A stretch of 63,991 nucleotides of DNA, filler included, from Rhabdomonas costata (lineage: Eukaryota): NCBI GenBank assembly GCA_019059605.1. It is 12 parts of 12 records of this genome, joined end to end, with 100 filler letters (N's around TTAATTAATTAA, not from the genome) between each part and the next. Parts side by side here need not be neighbours in the genome. Positions count along the whole stretch, not along the records: positions 32,689 to 38,203 come from JAHMHO010000089.1; positions 38,304 to 43,606 come from JAHMHO010000090.1; positions 43,707 to 48,857 come from JAHMHO010000091.1; 9 more parts are not named here. One strand, written 5' to 3'. This document shows positions 36,201 to 48,957 of the stretch, piece by piece (the first letter of the stretch is position 1; every line of letters starts with the position of its first letter). The notes beneath the pieces were generated by a model. It had not been told where the DNA came from, searched no databases, and saw nothing but the letters and a program-made list of their open reading frames with translations. The translations under genes were made by a program, and so were the position numbers.

Positions 36201-37545
36201 GGCGTTCACCAAGCAACTGATGGCCAGGTGGGGAGGGTCCGTCGTGATCCCTGGGTTGTGGCCTGCCTTCAGAGGACTTGAGACCAGCATCGGGCCCCCG
36301 AGCAGGGAGGCCTTGCTGCGCAAACACGAAGAGGAAATCAAATCGGGTGAGAGAAAACGGTGGCACAGCTCGACTAAATTCCAACACCTGATGTAATCAG
36401 CAACATTCTTCAACGGAGGACCGGAGGGGAGATCCTTTCCACACCGCATAACCACCGGCTGCTGGGAATACGCCCCCCCCCCCCCCATCGAAATGGATGG
36501 TTCTCTTCATTGAATGCCCACCACTGTCCCTCACCACAAACTGTGAATCTCTGATGGAATTTTGAGTGAAGTGGAGCATATTCTTGGGGGGGGGGGCGAG
36601 TGCTCTGGGCTTGGCATCCTTGAGAGTTCGGGACGGGTGATGGAAGAAACGATTAAGAACATATTAAACATGGATAGAACGTGTCATAGAGGAATACATA
36701 GAGAGAGAGACAAAACGACAAACGAAGGGCGTCGGGGGCTGCAGAACACCTCTTCTCCGCTGGGCTGAAGGAAAGCAAGTTCAGCGGAAGCCCTGATGGA
36801 AACACACAGAACCACAGTACAGTGTTTGCACTGGCTTACCATCGTTATGGGTTGAAACAAAAATGGTGGGAAGCACCAGCACACCCACATTCGGACCAGC
36901 GATTTGTAGTTTGTTCTTCTTCGTTGAGGGGGAGGGGGCTGCGATGACAAATAAAAAAGTATCAACAGAATGCAGAATTTAGGGGATACTGTCACGGTGA
37001 GATGGGATGGTGCTCAGCCACGGTCACATGGGATGCCCAGGCTCTCCTGGTCTGGTCTTCTGGGGGATTTCTGCAATCCTAGGTCCGGTGTTGGGCATCT
37101 TCTCTCCAAAATAGGATAGAAATGGCATGCACGGCTTGCTTGGAGCTATATAACCCAAAGTTGCTGCTGGCTGGCTGTTTCCCTTGCTGGCGCACTGGCG
37201 GCCATGGTCAATTCTCAACCTAGTTCCATCGTTCCAAACGTGCAACAATCCTGCGATCTTGCAGCACACACACATACACACTTTCCGCGAGACTGCCTTT
37301 TGCGGAGACAAATAAGACGACCACACACACCTCCCAGCGTGTAGGGGTCGTGAACGAAGAGCAACGGCGAGGACTCAACCGCGGCCATGCTCTGTTTGAA
37401 TAATAAACGAGAGCTCAAAAAAACTGCGGCAAAACACAACAAACAAGAAACCTCGTCGTGTGGTTCGAGAGATGAGCTGCAGGCGAGATGAATGCGTGGA
37501 TCTGGTGCAGGGAGGGGGGGGGGTTGCGCGCGCGAAGAAGCGCAG

Positions 37546-37548
<3 letters not shown>

Positions 37549-37580
<32 letters not shown>
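37549..37580 (+). repeat. (TC)n microsatellite
   Basis: Directly visible. Confidence 0.95.
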
Positions 37581-37583
<3 letters not shown>

Positions 37584-38203
37584 GGTTGCTCTGTTGAAGG
37601 TGTCACAAGAGGGAGGATAAATCCTTCTGTGAGACATTTCAAGCAATTAAATTCGGAAGCTTTTCGTCTTTTTCGTGCACGCAAATGACATACATCATTG
37701 AGTAACGCCATAACACATAAATTTCCTGTTTTTTCGCCAGCGCTGCACGGGCAGCGAATGGGTCCCAGCCGTGCCCACTCAATTTGTTACGAATCACAGA
37801 CAAAGGGCCATCGAAAACCGTGTTGAGAGGGAACACACCCGCTTGGAGGAGGGCCACGGAACGCACCACAGTCTTCCTGCTCCAGAGGTTCCTTTTCCAG
37901 AGTTCGCTCGTACATGATTTTGTGACTTTTATACTCTCTGCTTCCCCATTGGGCTGGCTGCCAGACTTGGACTGGCCCACGCATCCGGGCTCATCAGATT
38001 ATAAATAGAAAGATAAATTCAATTTATATTTAATCTTTTAATTCTTTTAATTTAATACCTAATGAACGCCTTTCTGTGAGAGTAAGCAGGTTGTCTCAAC
38101 TTGAACTAGAGCCACGGGGTAACCAGTAGTAACAGAAAATTGGCTAAGAACTTTTGTAAAAATTATCTAAAAGCGGTCACGCAAACATGTCCAACCCCCA
38201 CCC

Positions 38204-38303
38204 NNNNNNNNNNNNNNNNNNNNNNNNNNNNNNNNNNNNNNNNNNNNTTAATTAATTAANNNNNNNNNNNNNNNNNNNNNNNNNNNNNNNNNNNNNNNNN
38301 NNN
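38204..38303. other. Artificial contig linker
   Basis: N44-TTAATTAATTAA-N44. Confidence 0.98.
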
Positions 38304-39925
38304 CCGCTGCCAGGAGAGGCAGCTCAGGGACCAGCAGCGCTGCAAGGCTGGGGAACAGAGGAGGAGGAGGAGGAGGGGAAGGGGGGGGGCCAGAGGACGG
38401 TGTTCCAGCTGAACGTCTTGGCAGTAGTCTCCCAGGCTCCTGAAAGGACCCACTACAGGGCGCTCTTTTCCAAAGGGTGGGGTAGCGGTTTTATAGCATC
38501 CTCGTCAATCAATAAACCACATCATTATGGCCCCTACTATAGGCCATGTTTCACGCCGCGGCCGCCCGCTGGGGCTACACGGACTGAAGACAGTCTCCGC
38601 TTCGCAACCAAACGTCTCCTGCTCGTTCGCCAAAGCCCAACAGACATATCTGGAATGAACTTGCACAGTTTCCCAGAAACCTCTCTTTCAAACACAGTAT
38701 CACCAGCGGGGTAGGAGACAGCCCAGGGTTCATCCTGGGAAAAATCATACATCCCCACTTTCCTCCATCGGGTCTTTTTCGTATACCAGCCCCCCTTCTC
38801 GCAAGACAACCCTGCAACGTATCGCTGAGCTTTAGTGTGGTTTGTAACCCAGTTAATGCTATCACTGCTATCGCCTCGTTTGTTTCCTTAGTCCCTCTTT
38901 CCGGAAACGGGTTTTTGCTGCCGCCTTTCTTTTTTGCGAAAAAGAATCATTAACTTTTCATTATTTATGTTACCACAGGTTACCCATGCGGGTGCTAACG
39001 GAGACAGTTTACAGTGGTAATCGTCACAATGTCGATGGTGGCAGGAGTGTGGGGGGCGGAGGTGGAGGTGAAGGGAGAACCAGGTATCGCCACCCACGCC
39101 GCCCGCCTGTCGGCCACGGAAGGCCGTCAAGCAAGCCTCAATTTTCAACACGGCTTGCTTCTGGACGTTCAAATCAGGCCCAGCCTCGTCCCCTGCAGAA
39201 GCTGTCCTGGTATTCCCTGGAGCCGCGGGCACAGATGCGTCCAAAAGGTTGTAGCGCCCTTCCGTGCACCGAACGGGAACACGGCGGCTCGGGAATGAAG
39301 GCGGGGCCACGGGGTAAGAGGTCCCTTCGTCGAGAACTTCAACAATCTGTGCGTGAAGAAAAGATAAAACTGAAGAAGGGTGGTCATTTTGTAAAGCGTT
39401 GTGGGTGCTGTTGTAAACCCTCCGCTGGGACAAGAAGCGGCGCAAAAGGGTTGCTAAAGAGCCGCCAAGGGGCACGACAACTGGCAGAGGATGAAAGGTC
39501 AGAAAATTCTGACCCCAAGGATCGGCCACGCAGCGTTTGCGGGAGACCGCTTACTGTATATCCAGAAGACCCCAGCCCTGCTTGGGCTTCGTCCTCATCA
39601 AAATTCCACTACAGTCACACAAAACAATAGAAGCCAATAGGAACTCGGTGGTGCACGGAGAAAGAGATAGAGAGATAGAGCGGAAGCAGCACAGGTCCGC
39701 GCTATTCAAAATACAGTCACTGCGACAAGGTGCGCATCGCTTCATTACAGGCAGATGGACGGAAGATGGAAAATTGGGGAAGGCTAGCTCCTCTTCGTGG
39801 CGGACCAAATGATAGAAGAAGACGCAACGGACGCCAATCAACGAAGACAGACGGGTTGGTGACGTCTGGGCCTAAATTAACAGGAACTAGTGGGCAACCA
39901 AGAAGCCAAAGTTGGAGAAGCCCAC

Positions 39926-42900
39926 CTCTGTGATTCTCAAGTCGCTCATGAGCTTGTACGCCAAGTGAACCCCTGTCGGTCTCGCAGCGGGGTGAGCTAA
40001 ACAGTCCCTGATCGCTGCCACCAAGCCCTCATCTAGTGTCATTCCATTGATTGCCATGGTAGCTGCACAGAGAGCAAGCCGGTGGCGCCCTGCCCGGCTG
40101 ACCTTTGCGAGGAACGTCTTTAGTAGGTTTACAACTTGCAATAGCTCGTCAGTCCACAGCCTTGAGGACATCACTTGAGGGTTCAGGTTCCGCAGAATGT
40201 CACCTGTAGAACACAGTGGGAGGCATAAATTAGGAAACCAACTCAGATGAAATGTTTCGCAAACTAAAACCTTGAGCAACACGAAGAATTCACGCTGTTG
40301 CACACTCCCACCTCGCACCGTAACACACAGAGCGCAAACAGAAATGCGTGCCCCGTACCGGCAATCAAGGCCAGGCGGTAGTAGTGAGGGGGAAGTAGCA
40401 GGGGCCGGAACTGAGTCTGGGCCGCGAGAAGGGAAGTCACTACCCAATCGAAAATCTCGCAGAGGTAATTGACCTGAAAGGCGAAGTTTCGATCTGCCCA
40501 GTGCCGAAGGTACTGGAGTGCAGAGCTCAATGCGGAGCCGAGCACATCGGAGCTGGTCAGGAAGGAGACGAGGGAGAACAATGAGGAGGTCCTGCGCTGG
40601 GTCACCATCATATCAGCTGGAAGTTCCGCAGCTGGCGTCAACCGGTGCCGCTCTATGTGGGCATTGATCTGTCGTTCCAGGCAGCGGACCGGTATCCCCC
40701 GCCAGGACCTCAAAAAGGCCGCCTTCACGATTCCTCCACGATTCACTTCCACGGCCCTCCGAACCCATCGATCAGAGGCCAAACTGAGAAGGACAGAAGC
40801 TTCTTCTCCCATACTAAGCTTTTGCCTTGCCCGGATCACTCCTTCCTGGTCATGGGCGAAGACGTCCAAGGGGAACATTTCGTTTTCCATGAAGGTCTCC
40901 AGGAAGAACCGGGTGCTGCTGACGATACGGTGGCGCTGCTGCTGGTCCAGCCAAGGCTTGGCGCGCCACGAGAACTGGCGAAGGAAGTGGATGGACTGCA
41001 GCATCTTACACATGTGGGGAAGCCGCTCACGAGAAGGCAAACGGGCTTGAGAGAGAGCCTCGTACGCGGCGACGAGCACACGAAGGCAAAAGCTTGCGAA
41101 CGTCCTCAATGCGACATTGACAGAGAGTTCTGGTGTTATATCCCTGAGGATTTTCTGCAAGTGCTGCCTCACGGGGTCCAATGCTGGGCAGTGGCACACA
41201 CCGCGGGCATCGTCTTCGGAGCCTTTGACGAAGCCCAGCAACAACAGGGCCTCGCGGTCAAGCTGTGTCGGCTGGCCGCGGTGGAGGTCAAACAAAGGTA
41301 GAAGAAGGTTGTTCAGCAACTCTGCAAGGCAGTGCAATTCTCCGAAAGTGACATTTGCGCGGTGGTGGCGAGTCGGCGATGTCAGCAGAGCGGCAGCTAC
41401 CAGGGCGAGACGTGCAGCAAAGTAATGTCGCTGGGTTCGGGCCTGCTGGACAAGGCTGAGAANAATTCTCCGAAAGTGACATTTGCGCGGTGGTGGCGAG
41501 TCGGCGATGTCAGCAGAGCGGCAGCTACCAGGGCGAGACGTGCAGCAAAGTAATGTCGCTGGGTTCGGGCCTGCTGGACAAGGCTGAGAAGCTCGCAGAA
41601 CTGGCCACCCCAATACAGCTCAACGACCTGCAACACAAAAAAGGCACACCATGCAAACTCCATCAAGGATATTGCTCTAAAACGGGGTGCTAGAAGAAAA
41701 GGCCACAATACTGGGTGAAACGTCGTTTGAAAGAAGAAAGCAGAGTGCACACACACAATGAAACAACAAAAAAAACGTGCAGGCACCTTCCACTCAACCC
41801 GAAGTCGCCCCAAGGGGGACAGCGGGTTCGCTGAAGAATGCACAACAAGCATGCGGACGACTGCCGCTGCGGGCTCTTCCCACCACTTTGTCCGAAGCAA
41901 GCATGCCGCGGCAGCATCGTACTGGGCGTCCTGCAAACACAACCGCGCTGCTTCCACAAGCTCACCCCGTCTTTGCCGGATGTCAGCAGCCTCCCGAAAG
42001 CGTCTCTTGCGCTCCAAAAGGGGTAGAAGGACGTCTTCCATCCCGGCACTTCGAAGTACCATAATCTGGTCCTCTTCCGAGAGAAACTGCAGATGGGCGT
42101 CAACCTCCTCTTTTGGAGGGGGGTGGCCACCTCCCAGTGCTTTTTGTTGGTGCAGCCAGTGCTGCGCTGTCAAACGACGAAACCGGCTGGAAACTTCCGG
42201 AGGAACCTCATCAAGATGGCGTGCAAGAAGATCCATTCCCTTGGAAAGCAACGCCTCCTTTGACTCGAAGCATTCCAATGCTTCCACAAGTCTTCCACAC
42301 CACTCAAAGCACTCGCCAGCTTCCCTGTAGTAATCCTCACCACATTGCTTGAAGTACCTAGCAGCAAGGTCCCAGGCCTGATGGACCTTCGCAGAATTGG
42401 CGGCTCCAAGCATCTCCCCGCATTCAACAAGACATTGACATGCGTACCGGACGCAATGCTCGCGCTGATCAGAAAAGCCAGAAGACCGAGCCAACTCACC
42501 GAAAATCTCCGCCGCTTTCTTCATTTTCACTCTGTCCAAGAAGCTGGCACAGCGGGCTTCTTGGCGGAGCATAAACGCAATGGCGCAGCGCTGCAGGTCG
42601 GCCGCCTTCTCTCCTGCTTTCTGAAAGCACTGCAAAGCTTGACGGTACAGCTTGCGAGCCATTAACTCCAGCCCCTGATCTTGCCACATAGTCCAGCTTG
42701 AGGGCTTGGAAAAATGAACAAAGCTCGGGTGATGGGTAAGGTCATCCACAATGGTCACAAGGTTCCGCTGCGCCCAGTAGTCCATCGCTGGCTTCCTGGC
42801 AGCCAGCCCTTCGTCAAAAATCCACAGCTGGTTACGCACCCGGGTAACCACCGTGTAAAGGTGCTTAAGCTCAGAGAAGAGCTGGTAGTGAAGGCTCCGC

Positions 42901-43604
42901 TGAAACTTCGGAAATGGCTCTTTCGTCTCCGGAATTAAGCTGTATAGCAACCTCCACTCCTGCTGCATGCACGAATTCTTGAAGAAGTTAAACAGAATGA
43001 CATCCTCAAATTCAAGTCCTTTAGCCTCGTACACGGTGAGCACCAGCGCGTCGGGGATTGCAAGCTCTGCTTCCTTCACAAAAGGCTCGTCTCGAACAAG
43101 CACAACTTGGCTGGCTCCCAACTCCAGCCACTTCGTACCATCTCCGAATGGATTTCGAGAAAGCACAGCCTTGTCGGGATTGCTTATGAAAACCACTGAT
43201 GGGCCCAACTTATTTCCAAAGTCCCGTTCACAGCGGTCCAGCTCCCCACCGAAGAAGGTGTCAATCATCCCCAGCGTGTCTGCGGCGAGAAGGAGAATCT
43301 GAGAGTGGCTGCGATAGTTTTGAGTGAGCTGAAAGACCTCCTCAGGGGCAGAACGTTCTCGTGCCCAATTGGCGTCACTGTCCACTTCGGCTTTCGAGTC
43401 TCCCTCGTCGTCAAGATCAAGAACTTCAGCCGCCTCGAACTCCTTTTCTCGGGCACCGCAGTACCCCAGGCGTTTTCGACCAACCTTTTTGGATGAGCGC
43501 CCGATTCCTTTGTACTGAAGGCGATGAACCTTCTCGTGAGATACGCTGTACGTGACCGGCTTCGAAACCTCGGCGATCCCCTTGTCCTCCGGCTTCTCAA
43601 CGTA
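39926..43604 (-). CDS. TRANK1: TRANK1-like UvrD/SF1 helicase with TPR-like repeats (partial; exons 41787-43604, 40359-41627, 39926-40203, and probably further 3' exons toward 38304)
   Basis: FQLTQNYRSHSQIL; GASQVVLVRD; LVLTVYEAKGLEFEDVILFNFF; LFSELKHLYTVVTRVRNQLWIFDE; YRQALQCFQKAG; then TPR-like helices. GT-AG introns in phase. Confidence 0.85.
41336..41590. repeat. Exact 127-bp tandem duplication around a single N (assembly artifact that breaks the TRANK1-like frame)
   Basis: 41336-41462 equals 41464-41590, with N at 41463. Confidence 0.9.
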
Positions 43605-43606
43605 AT

Positions 43607-43706
43607 NNNNNNNNNNNNNNNNNNNNNNNNNNNNNNNNNNNNNNNNNNNNTTAATTAATTAANNNNNNNNNNNNNNNNNNNNNNNNNNNNNNNNNNNNNN
43701 NNNNNN
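43607..43706. other. Artificial contig linker
   Basis: N44-TTAATTAATTAA-N44. Confidence 0.98.
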
Positions 43707-43713
43707 GGGGGGT

Positions 43714-43840
43714 TGGGCTTCCATTGCACCGTATCACCCCCCCGCTGGGCTCTTCTCCGTTCCTTGCTGACGAGCCCTGCTCGCCCCCCTCCCATCTTTT
43801 TCGCTCCAGCAGCGGGGTGATACGGTGCAATGGAAGCCCA
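43714..43840. repeat. 27-bp perfect inverted repeat with a 73-nt spacer (fold-back)
   Basis: TGGGCTTCCATTGCACCGTATCACCCC (43714-43740) is the reverse complement of 43814-43840. Confidence 0.9.
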
Positions 43841-44655
43841 GCCTCCACGGTACGCCCCTCCCGAGGACGTGCGTCCCGCTCAAAACCACACCTGCGGGGC
43901 CCAAGCCCAAGCCCAAGCCCTGGGCCACATTCCACCTTTCAGCCTTCGATTTCTGGCGCCCACCACCGTGGCCACTGGGAAAGATCCTGGCCCAATTCCT
44001 CTGATCCTTCACCCGCACCCCCTCGTTACTCCAAAAACTCTAAAACGGGCCAAGGTTATGATCGCGAGGCTGGATCGCAGAACCGAGCGGAGGGTCTGGG
44101 CAGGAGATTTGCCTTTGCCCGAGAGGGGACGAATGAGTTCTGCGCGAGATTTGTGCCCCGCTTTGCTGGGGGAAGGCTGGCGCCAGACTCAGGCTGTGGG
44201 ACGAAACTGGCACAGCTGCAAAATTGCGCCGTGGTGGGCGCGGGGAACTTTGGGCTGGGTATCCGGTGCATCGCCCAGGAATCGGCCAATGCAACGGGTG
44301 CGCTGCGCCGCGAGAAGCCTAGAGGAAGGCGGGGAGGTGGATAATTACATTGCTGGACAAACTCCTTGGAGCAAGCTATGTTAATGCGTTTCTTCTTCTC
44401 GCTCACTTGGTGGTCTCCCTTTTCCGAGGCGGGAACGCCGCGCTGGCAGGCAAAATAAATAAGAGGGGCACAGACGTCATTTACCCAGATCATGAACCAA
44501 TGAACCAAGGTTCCTCTTCGATTTAACGCGCACTCACGCGCGCATAATCGAAGATTTAACTTAAAATTTAATTCAACTGACTTTCCGTGAAGAAATATGC
44601 GTCTACAACAGGCGTCAGGTCAGGTCACACCCCGCGGCATCCCACAGAGGCAGTG

Positions 44656-47056
44656 ATGCTGAAGGCTACCCTGCTGGCCCCTGCGGATCTCAACGGAGTG
44701 CGCAACAGCGCCAAGGAAGCCCTTGTGGGTTGTCAAGTTCACGCCCTGCGGCGCTCCGGGGTAACCGCGGCTTTCGCAGAGGTCCGCGGATTCCTATGGT
44801 GCGCCGCTGCCCCGCAGGCGTTCTTGCGGGGGCTGCTGGGCAACGGCACCACAATGGGATCAGAAGAGCTGGCCTCGGCCGAGGTATCCCCTACTATGCA
44901 CAGTTTCAGGGTCGCTGCAAGAAAGCAATTGCGACTAGCAAGTAAAAAACAAAAGGGGTGGTTCTGTCTGTTCTCAATCCCATGCTAGCACTATCACAAC
45001 CACAACACTCCACTAGTTACGGGAAATGCTTCCTGTGGGCCTTGGTGGGAGAGACCAGCATTTGTGAATGCGAACGACTTGGTAATTCAAGCGTGGACTT
45101 TTTCGGGACCTCGGAGGGAACGTCCAGTGGTGTCCCAGTGAAGATTCTTTTCTTGTGTGCTTTCCTGTGAGTTCTGCGAGCTCTGTAGTTTCTTTGAGCG
45201 GTCTCTATTTCGGTTTGTGTGGGGAGGGGGGCTTTTATGTGTAAGGTCGTGCGCCTCTCTCGGCGGTTGCTGGTAGCGAACGTTTCGAGCACCTTTGTGG
45301 TCCTTCGAGTGGTGAACGTGCCCGACTCTCCCAGGTGAATCTTTGAGGCGGGGTGCAATAGCTGCTTGTAGGAGCGGTCCAGCTCACTGTTTAGAATCCG
45401 GGCATTACCGGTCCTCCTGCTGCTGTGTCACCTGCTCAACTCACTTTATTCTTCGTGGGTTTTTGGAATGGATCCAACCGAGTTGCCTTCGAACGTTGAT
45501 GGCGGTCGCAGCCTGGAAGCCTTTGAAATGTCAGCGCTTTGTTTTATCAACGCGAGCATGGCAGGGACCACCACTTCTTTCTCTTTCGGTTTCCCCATTG
45601 CTATAAAAAAACGTTGAAGTATGAGCACAACATTGCTCTTCTTTTTGAATCTCCGCAGTCCTGGACGTTGGAGCATCTGATGACCTGCTCATCATCTTCT
45701 TAAATTTTTAATGGGTGCTTCTTTGGCAGGCTTCCTTGTGACAACTTCGCTGACTTGCCGATGGTGTTCGAGATTTTGTACGCGGTGATTGTCTTTCACT
45801 TCGTCACGGCACGGCTCACCCGCTCTCAATTCTGTTTTTATATGCTGCATCACAAATGACCCAGACGTCAAGTATGGTTCGCGTGCCGATAACCGGCCTT
45901 GTTCATTTTTATCTTCTACTTTGATGAAGAGATCATGAGCAAATGTGGCATGCTGGCAGGGGGATGAAGCGGGGCTGAAAAGGTTAGGTTGCGTTTCTTG
46001 CGTGCAATGATTTGTTTTGTGCTTTTGTTTCTCTAAGGACTACTGTGTTTCAGACCTCCGCACGCACCACGTCGGATGGAAGCAGGTGCCCTTCTTCCGG
46101 CTGTACACCGTCCAGGTTTTCTGTATGAGAGCAGTCCGACTTGTGCTGGGCCACCTGGTTCTCTTTTGGAAAGAATGGAAGCCAGATGGAGATTTGGCTT
46201 CCCAGCCAGCAAGTGGCTTGTTTTCAAGTCGTTTGTCTGGTGGGAAGGGGTGTGTCACCCCGCCAGTTGCCCCATCCCTTGGTCACCGCTGTCCTTCCAG
46301 CGCTGTGCTGCGTATATTCAAGTCAGTTGTCATTTCTCCTCACTCGGACAAAAATTTCACCGGTAGGAAAAACCTTGACTGCTGACTTGCCATTGCTTTA
46401 ACTTCCATGAACCCACTCGTGCTAACTTGTTTCGCTGACAACTGTTTTTTCGGTACGGGGGGATGGGGACTCGCGTAGAATCACTCTGTCCTTTTGCCCC
46501 CTGGGCGGATGGTCCAGCTGATCGACTTGGGCTCGTACCGCACTCGCCACCACAACTTGCCCGACGCCAAGTCAGTTCTCAACTTGGCTTACTGGTTTGA
46601 CAGACAACTCTATTCCCGACGCTTTTTCTGGCGTGGTGGTGAGATGTATTCGGATTCTTGGTCCTGATTTCAGACCCGCGGATGTGTCTGTGAGACAGTG
46701 AGAAGGATAGTTCAGGAATCATGAGGGATACGTTTGATGGTGGTTTTTCCGGAACCGTTCGCTTGCGTCTATTCTGCCTTGTGTTGGAGCTTGTCGGTAT
46801 TCAGCAAATTCTATAGCCGTGTTATTCTTGCAGGTTTCAGGACGGGCTTCATGGATTCAGAGATGGGGTGGGGTAACACAGGTACACCATGTGGGTGACA
46901 GAGCAGCAGATGGATGACGCGGGACGAGAGCTGTGGAAGTGGACATTTCGTCCCGAGGTGATGACACAGCGCCCCCTGCGGGCACTGCGGCTCGCCGTGG
47001 ACTTTATCTCCCGAAGGTATCAGCACTGGGATGCGCTTTGCACGTTTTACTTCCCG

Positions 47057-47095
<39 letters not shown>

Positions 47096-47487
47096 GACCC
47101 TCATATGTTTGACTGTTCACCCCAACAGCCAATGAAGTATGGCCATATTGTTGACTGTCAATGGGATGCCCATCATATTCATCTATTCAAGGAGCTTACG
47201 TGTTTGCTCATGAGAAATAATTGCCTGTATTGAGCAGTTTGGGTTTCGTACTTGGGGCCACAGTGTTTTTTCGCTACTGCAGGTTTCCGAAGTACCGCAC
47301 CACCCACAGCGATGTCGCCCGAGCAATGGCGACTGCGCCCGTCCGGCGGTATGCTGTGCCCTCCAGTGCAAGGGCCCTGAACATTGCCTCGAACTACCAC
47401 GGCGTCAGCGACTTTAACTGGAAAGCCGTGGGTCTGGGGGTTCCTGATCCCCCTCCTACCAGTACCAAGCCTCGGCGACCCCCGTAG
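44656..47487 (+). CDS. Multi-exon hypothetical protein (exons 44656-44883, [uncertain middle], 46038-46115, 46518-46570, 46882-47016, 47283-47487)
   Basis: The last four exons join in phase via GT-AG introns: DYCVSDLRTHHVGWKQVPFFRLYTVQ|LIDLGSYRTRHHNLPDAK|YTMWV...VDFISRR|FPKYR...RRPP*. Family not recognised. Confidence 0.6.
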
Positions 47488-48857
47488 GCCTCCTACCTGA
47501 CCTCCCGCCGGTGATGCCCTTGAATTGATTGCAGCCAATGTGCCATCAACGGTCTCCCAATGGGCTGCGGTCAGATCAGCGATGACTGTCTGAAATGGCT
47601 GGAACGACGCTCAGCCGATTCCTCTGCTTCTCGGCGATAGAAGTGCTGAAACGCCAATGAGAACGGCGTCCGGATCGAGGCGGGTGCATTATTGACCTTC
47701 TTTGAGTTTATAAGTGGCCCTTGGTAAGAGCAATGCAGTCCTGTCGAGCGGTGATTGTAATGGCTTGTTTGTCTGCAACAACATTCTTGTCCTGTGTATA
47801 AATAGCGGCGGACCATTTATTGAGTTATGCTCTTTGAGAACTTGCTTGTGGGGAGAGAAAGAATGGCATAAAATACGGCAAATCACGTAACCAAATGGTC
47901 CTCGTATCCTGGTGTTGCAAAAACAAAACCGATATTTCAGATTAAGCTAGTGCAAAACCGAAAGCAGGCCCGGGGTCCTTTGTATGTACTGGGCCTCCCG
48001 AAACGTTGCGTGTTCATTGCATCCTCCGGCAGGTACCCACCCGCGCCCTTGGCGGGTCCTCCTAGCTATTGCCGCAGCGGAATGATAAAGACGGCACCCA
48101 CAGCGTATGTACAAAAAACTGCTTGCTTCCACCCCGGGCCCAGGCAAATGGCTATGACACAGTTCCTGTTGCATTGCTTTGCTTCCACACCACCACCTTT
48201 AACGACCAGTACCGTTTGCGTACAAAGTCGCCTTTTTTGCCAGCCTCCGGCATCGTGCTTTGCTGTGGGTGCTGCGAGTTTTGTGCACATGGTTTGGTTT
48301 TTGCCCGTGTGTATTTGCGGACTCCATGACATCCTTGCTTTGCGTTTTTGCAATTAACGCCATACCATCGCATTTGAGTGTGCCACCCGGATATAGCCAG
48401 TTTATGCCCTTTTCTTCCGGTGGCGCCCTCGGGGTTGTGGGCCCCGCGGCCTTGTTCTCGCTGTCTCGCTCGCTGAAAGCCTCGTCCTGGACTAGCACCC
48501 CCGCAATGGCCCCCGGTCAACCCCCGGGGCCGAACCTGGTGAGGTACCTGAGTGTCTGATGTTCCAATTTCCTGCTCTCCGAAAAAAGCCCATACGTGTA
48601 TAAGAAAGTGACCGGCACAGGATTTGAGAATTAAGAAGGCACTGGATCGGTGGTGCCCAAGAATGGCCGAAAAGAAGCCACTGACAATGGATCCGAACAA
48701 GCGGGGATCCCCAGCAGCACATAAGCAACTGTTTGCCTAAGCCAACACGCATTCTTCTCAGAATACAATTTTGCGCGCTTCCCCCTCTCTTAGATTCGGC
48801 CCTTTTGTGCTTCTGTGCTACCGCTGCTGCGTACTGCCTTGAACCCTGGCAAACTGT

Positions 48858-48957
48858 NNNNNNNNNNNNNNNNNNNNNNNNNNNNNNNNNNNNNNNNNNN
48901 NTTAATTAATTAANNNNNNNNNNNNNNNNNNNNNNNNNNNNNNNNNNNNNNNNNNNN
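48858..48957. other. Artificial contig linker
   Basis: N44-TTAATTAATTAA-N44. Confidence 0.98.

Noticed and set aside
41336-41590. Frameshift or internal repeat in the TRANK1-like gene
   Set aside because: An exact duplicate around a single N is a scaffolding overlap; removing one copy and the N restores the frame.
44225-44275. AVVGAGNFGLGI as a Rossmann GxGxxG motif
   Set aside because: The surrounding frame is low-complexity with no supporting fold features or clear splice borders; probably chance.
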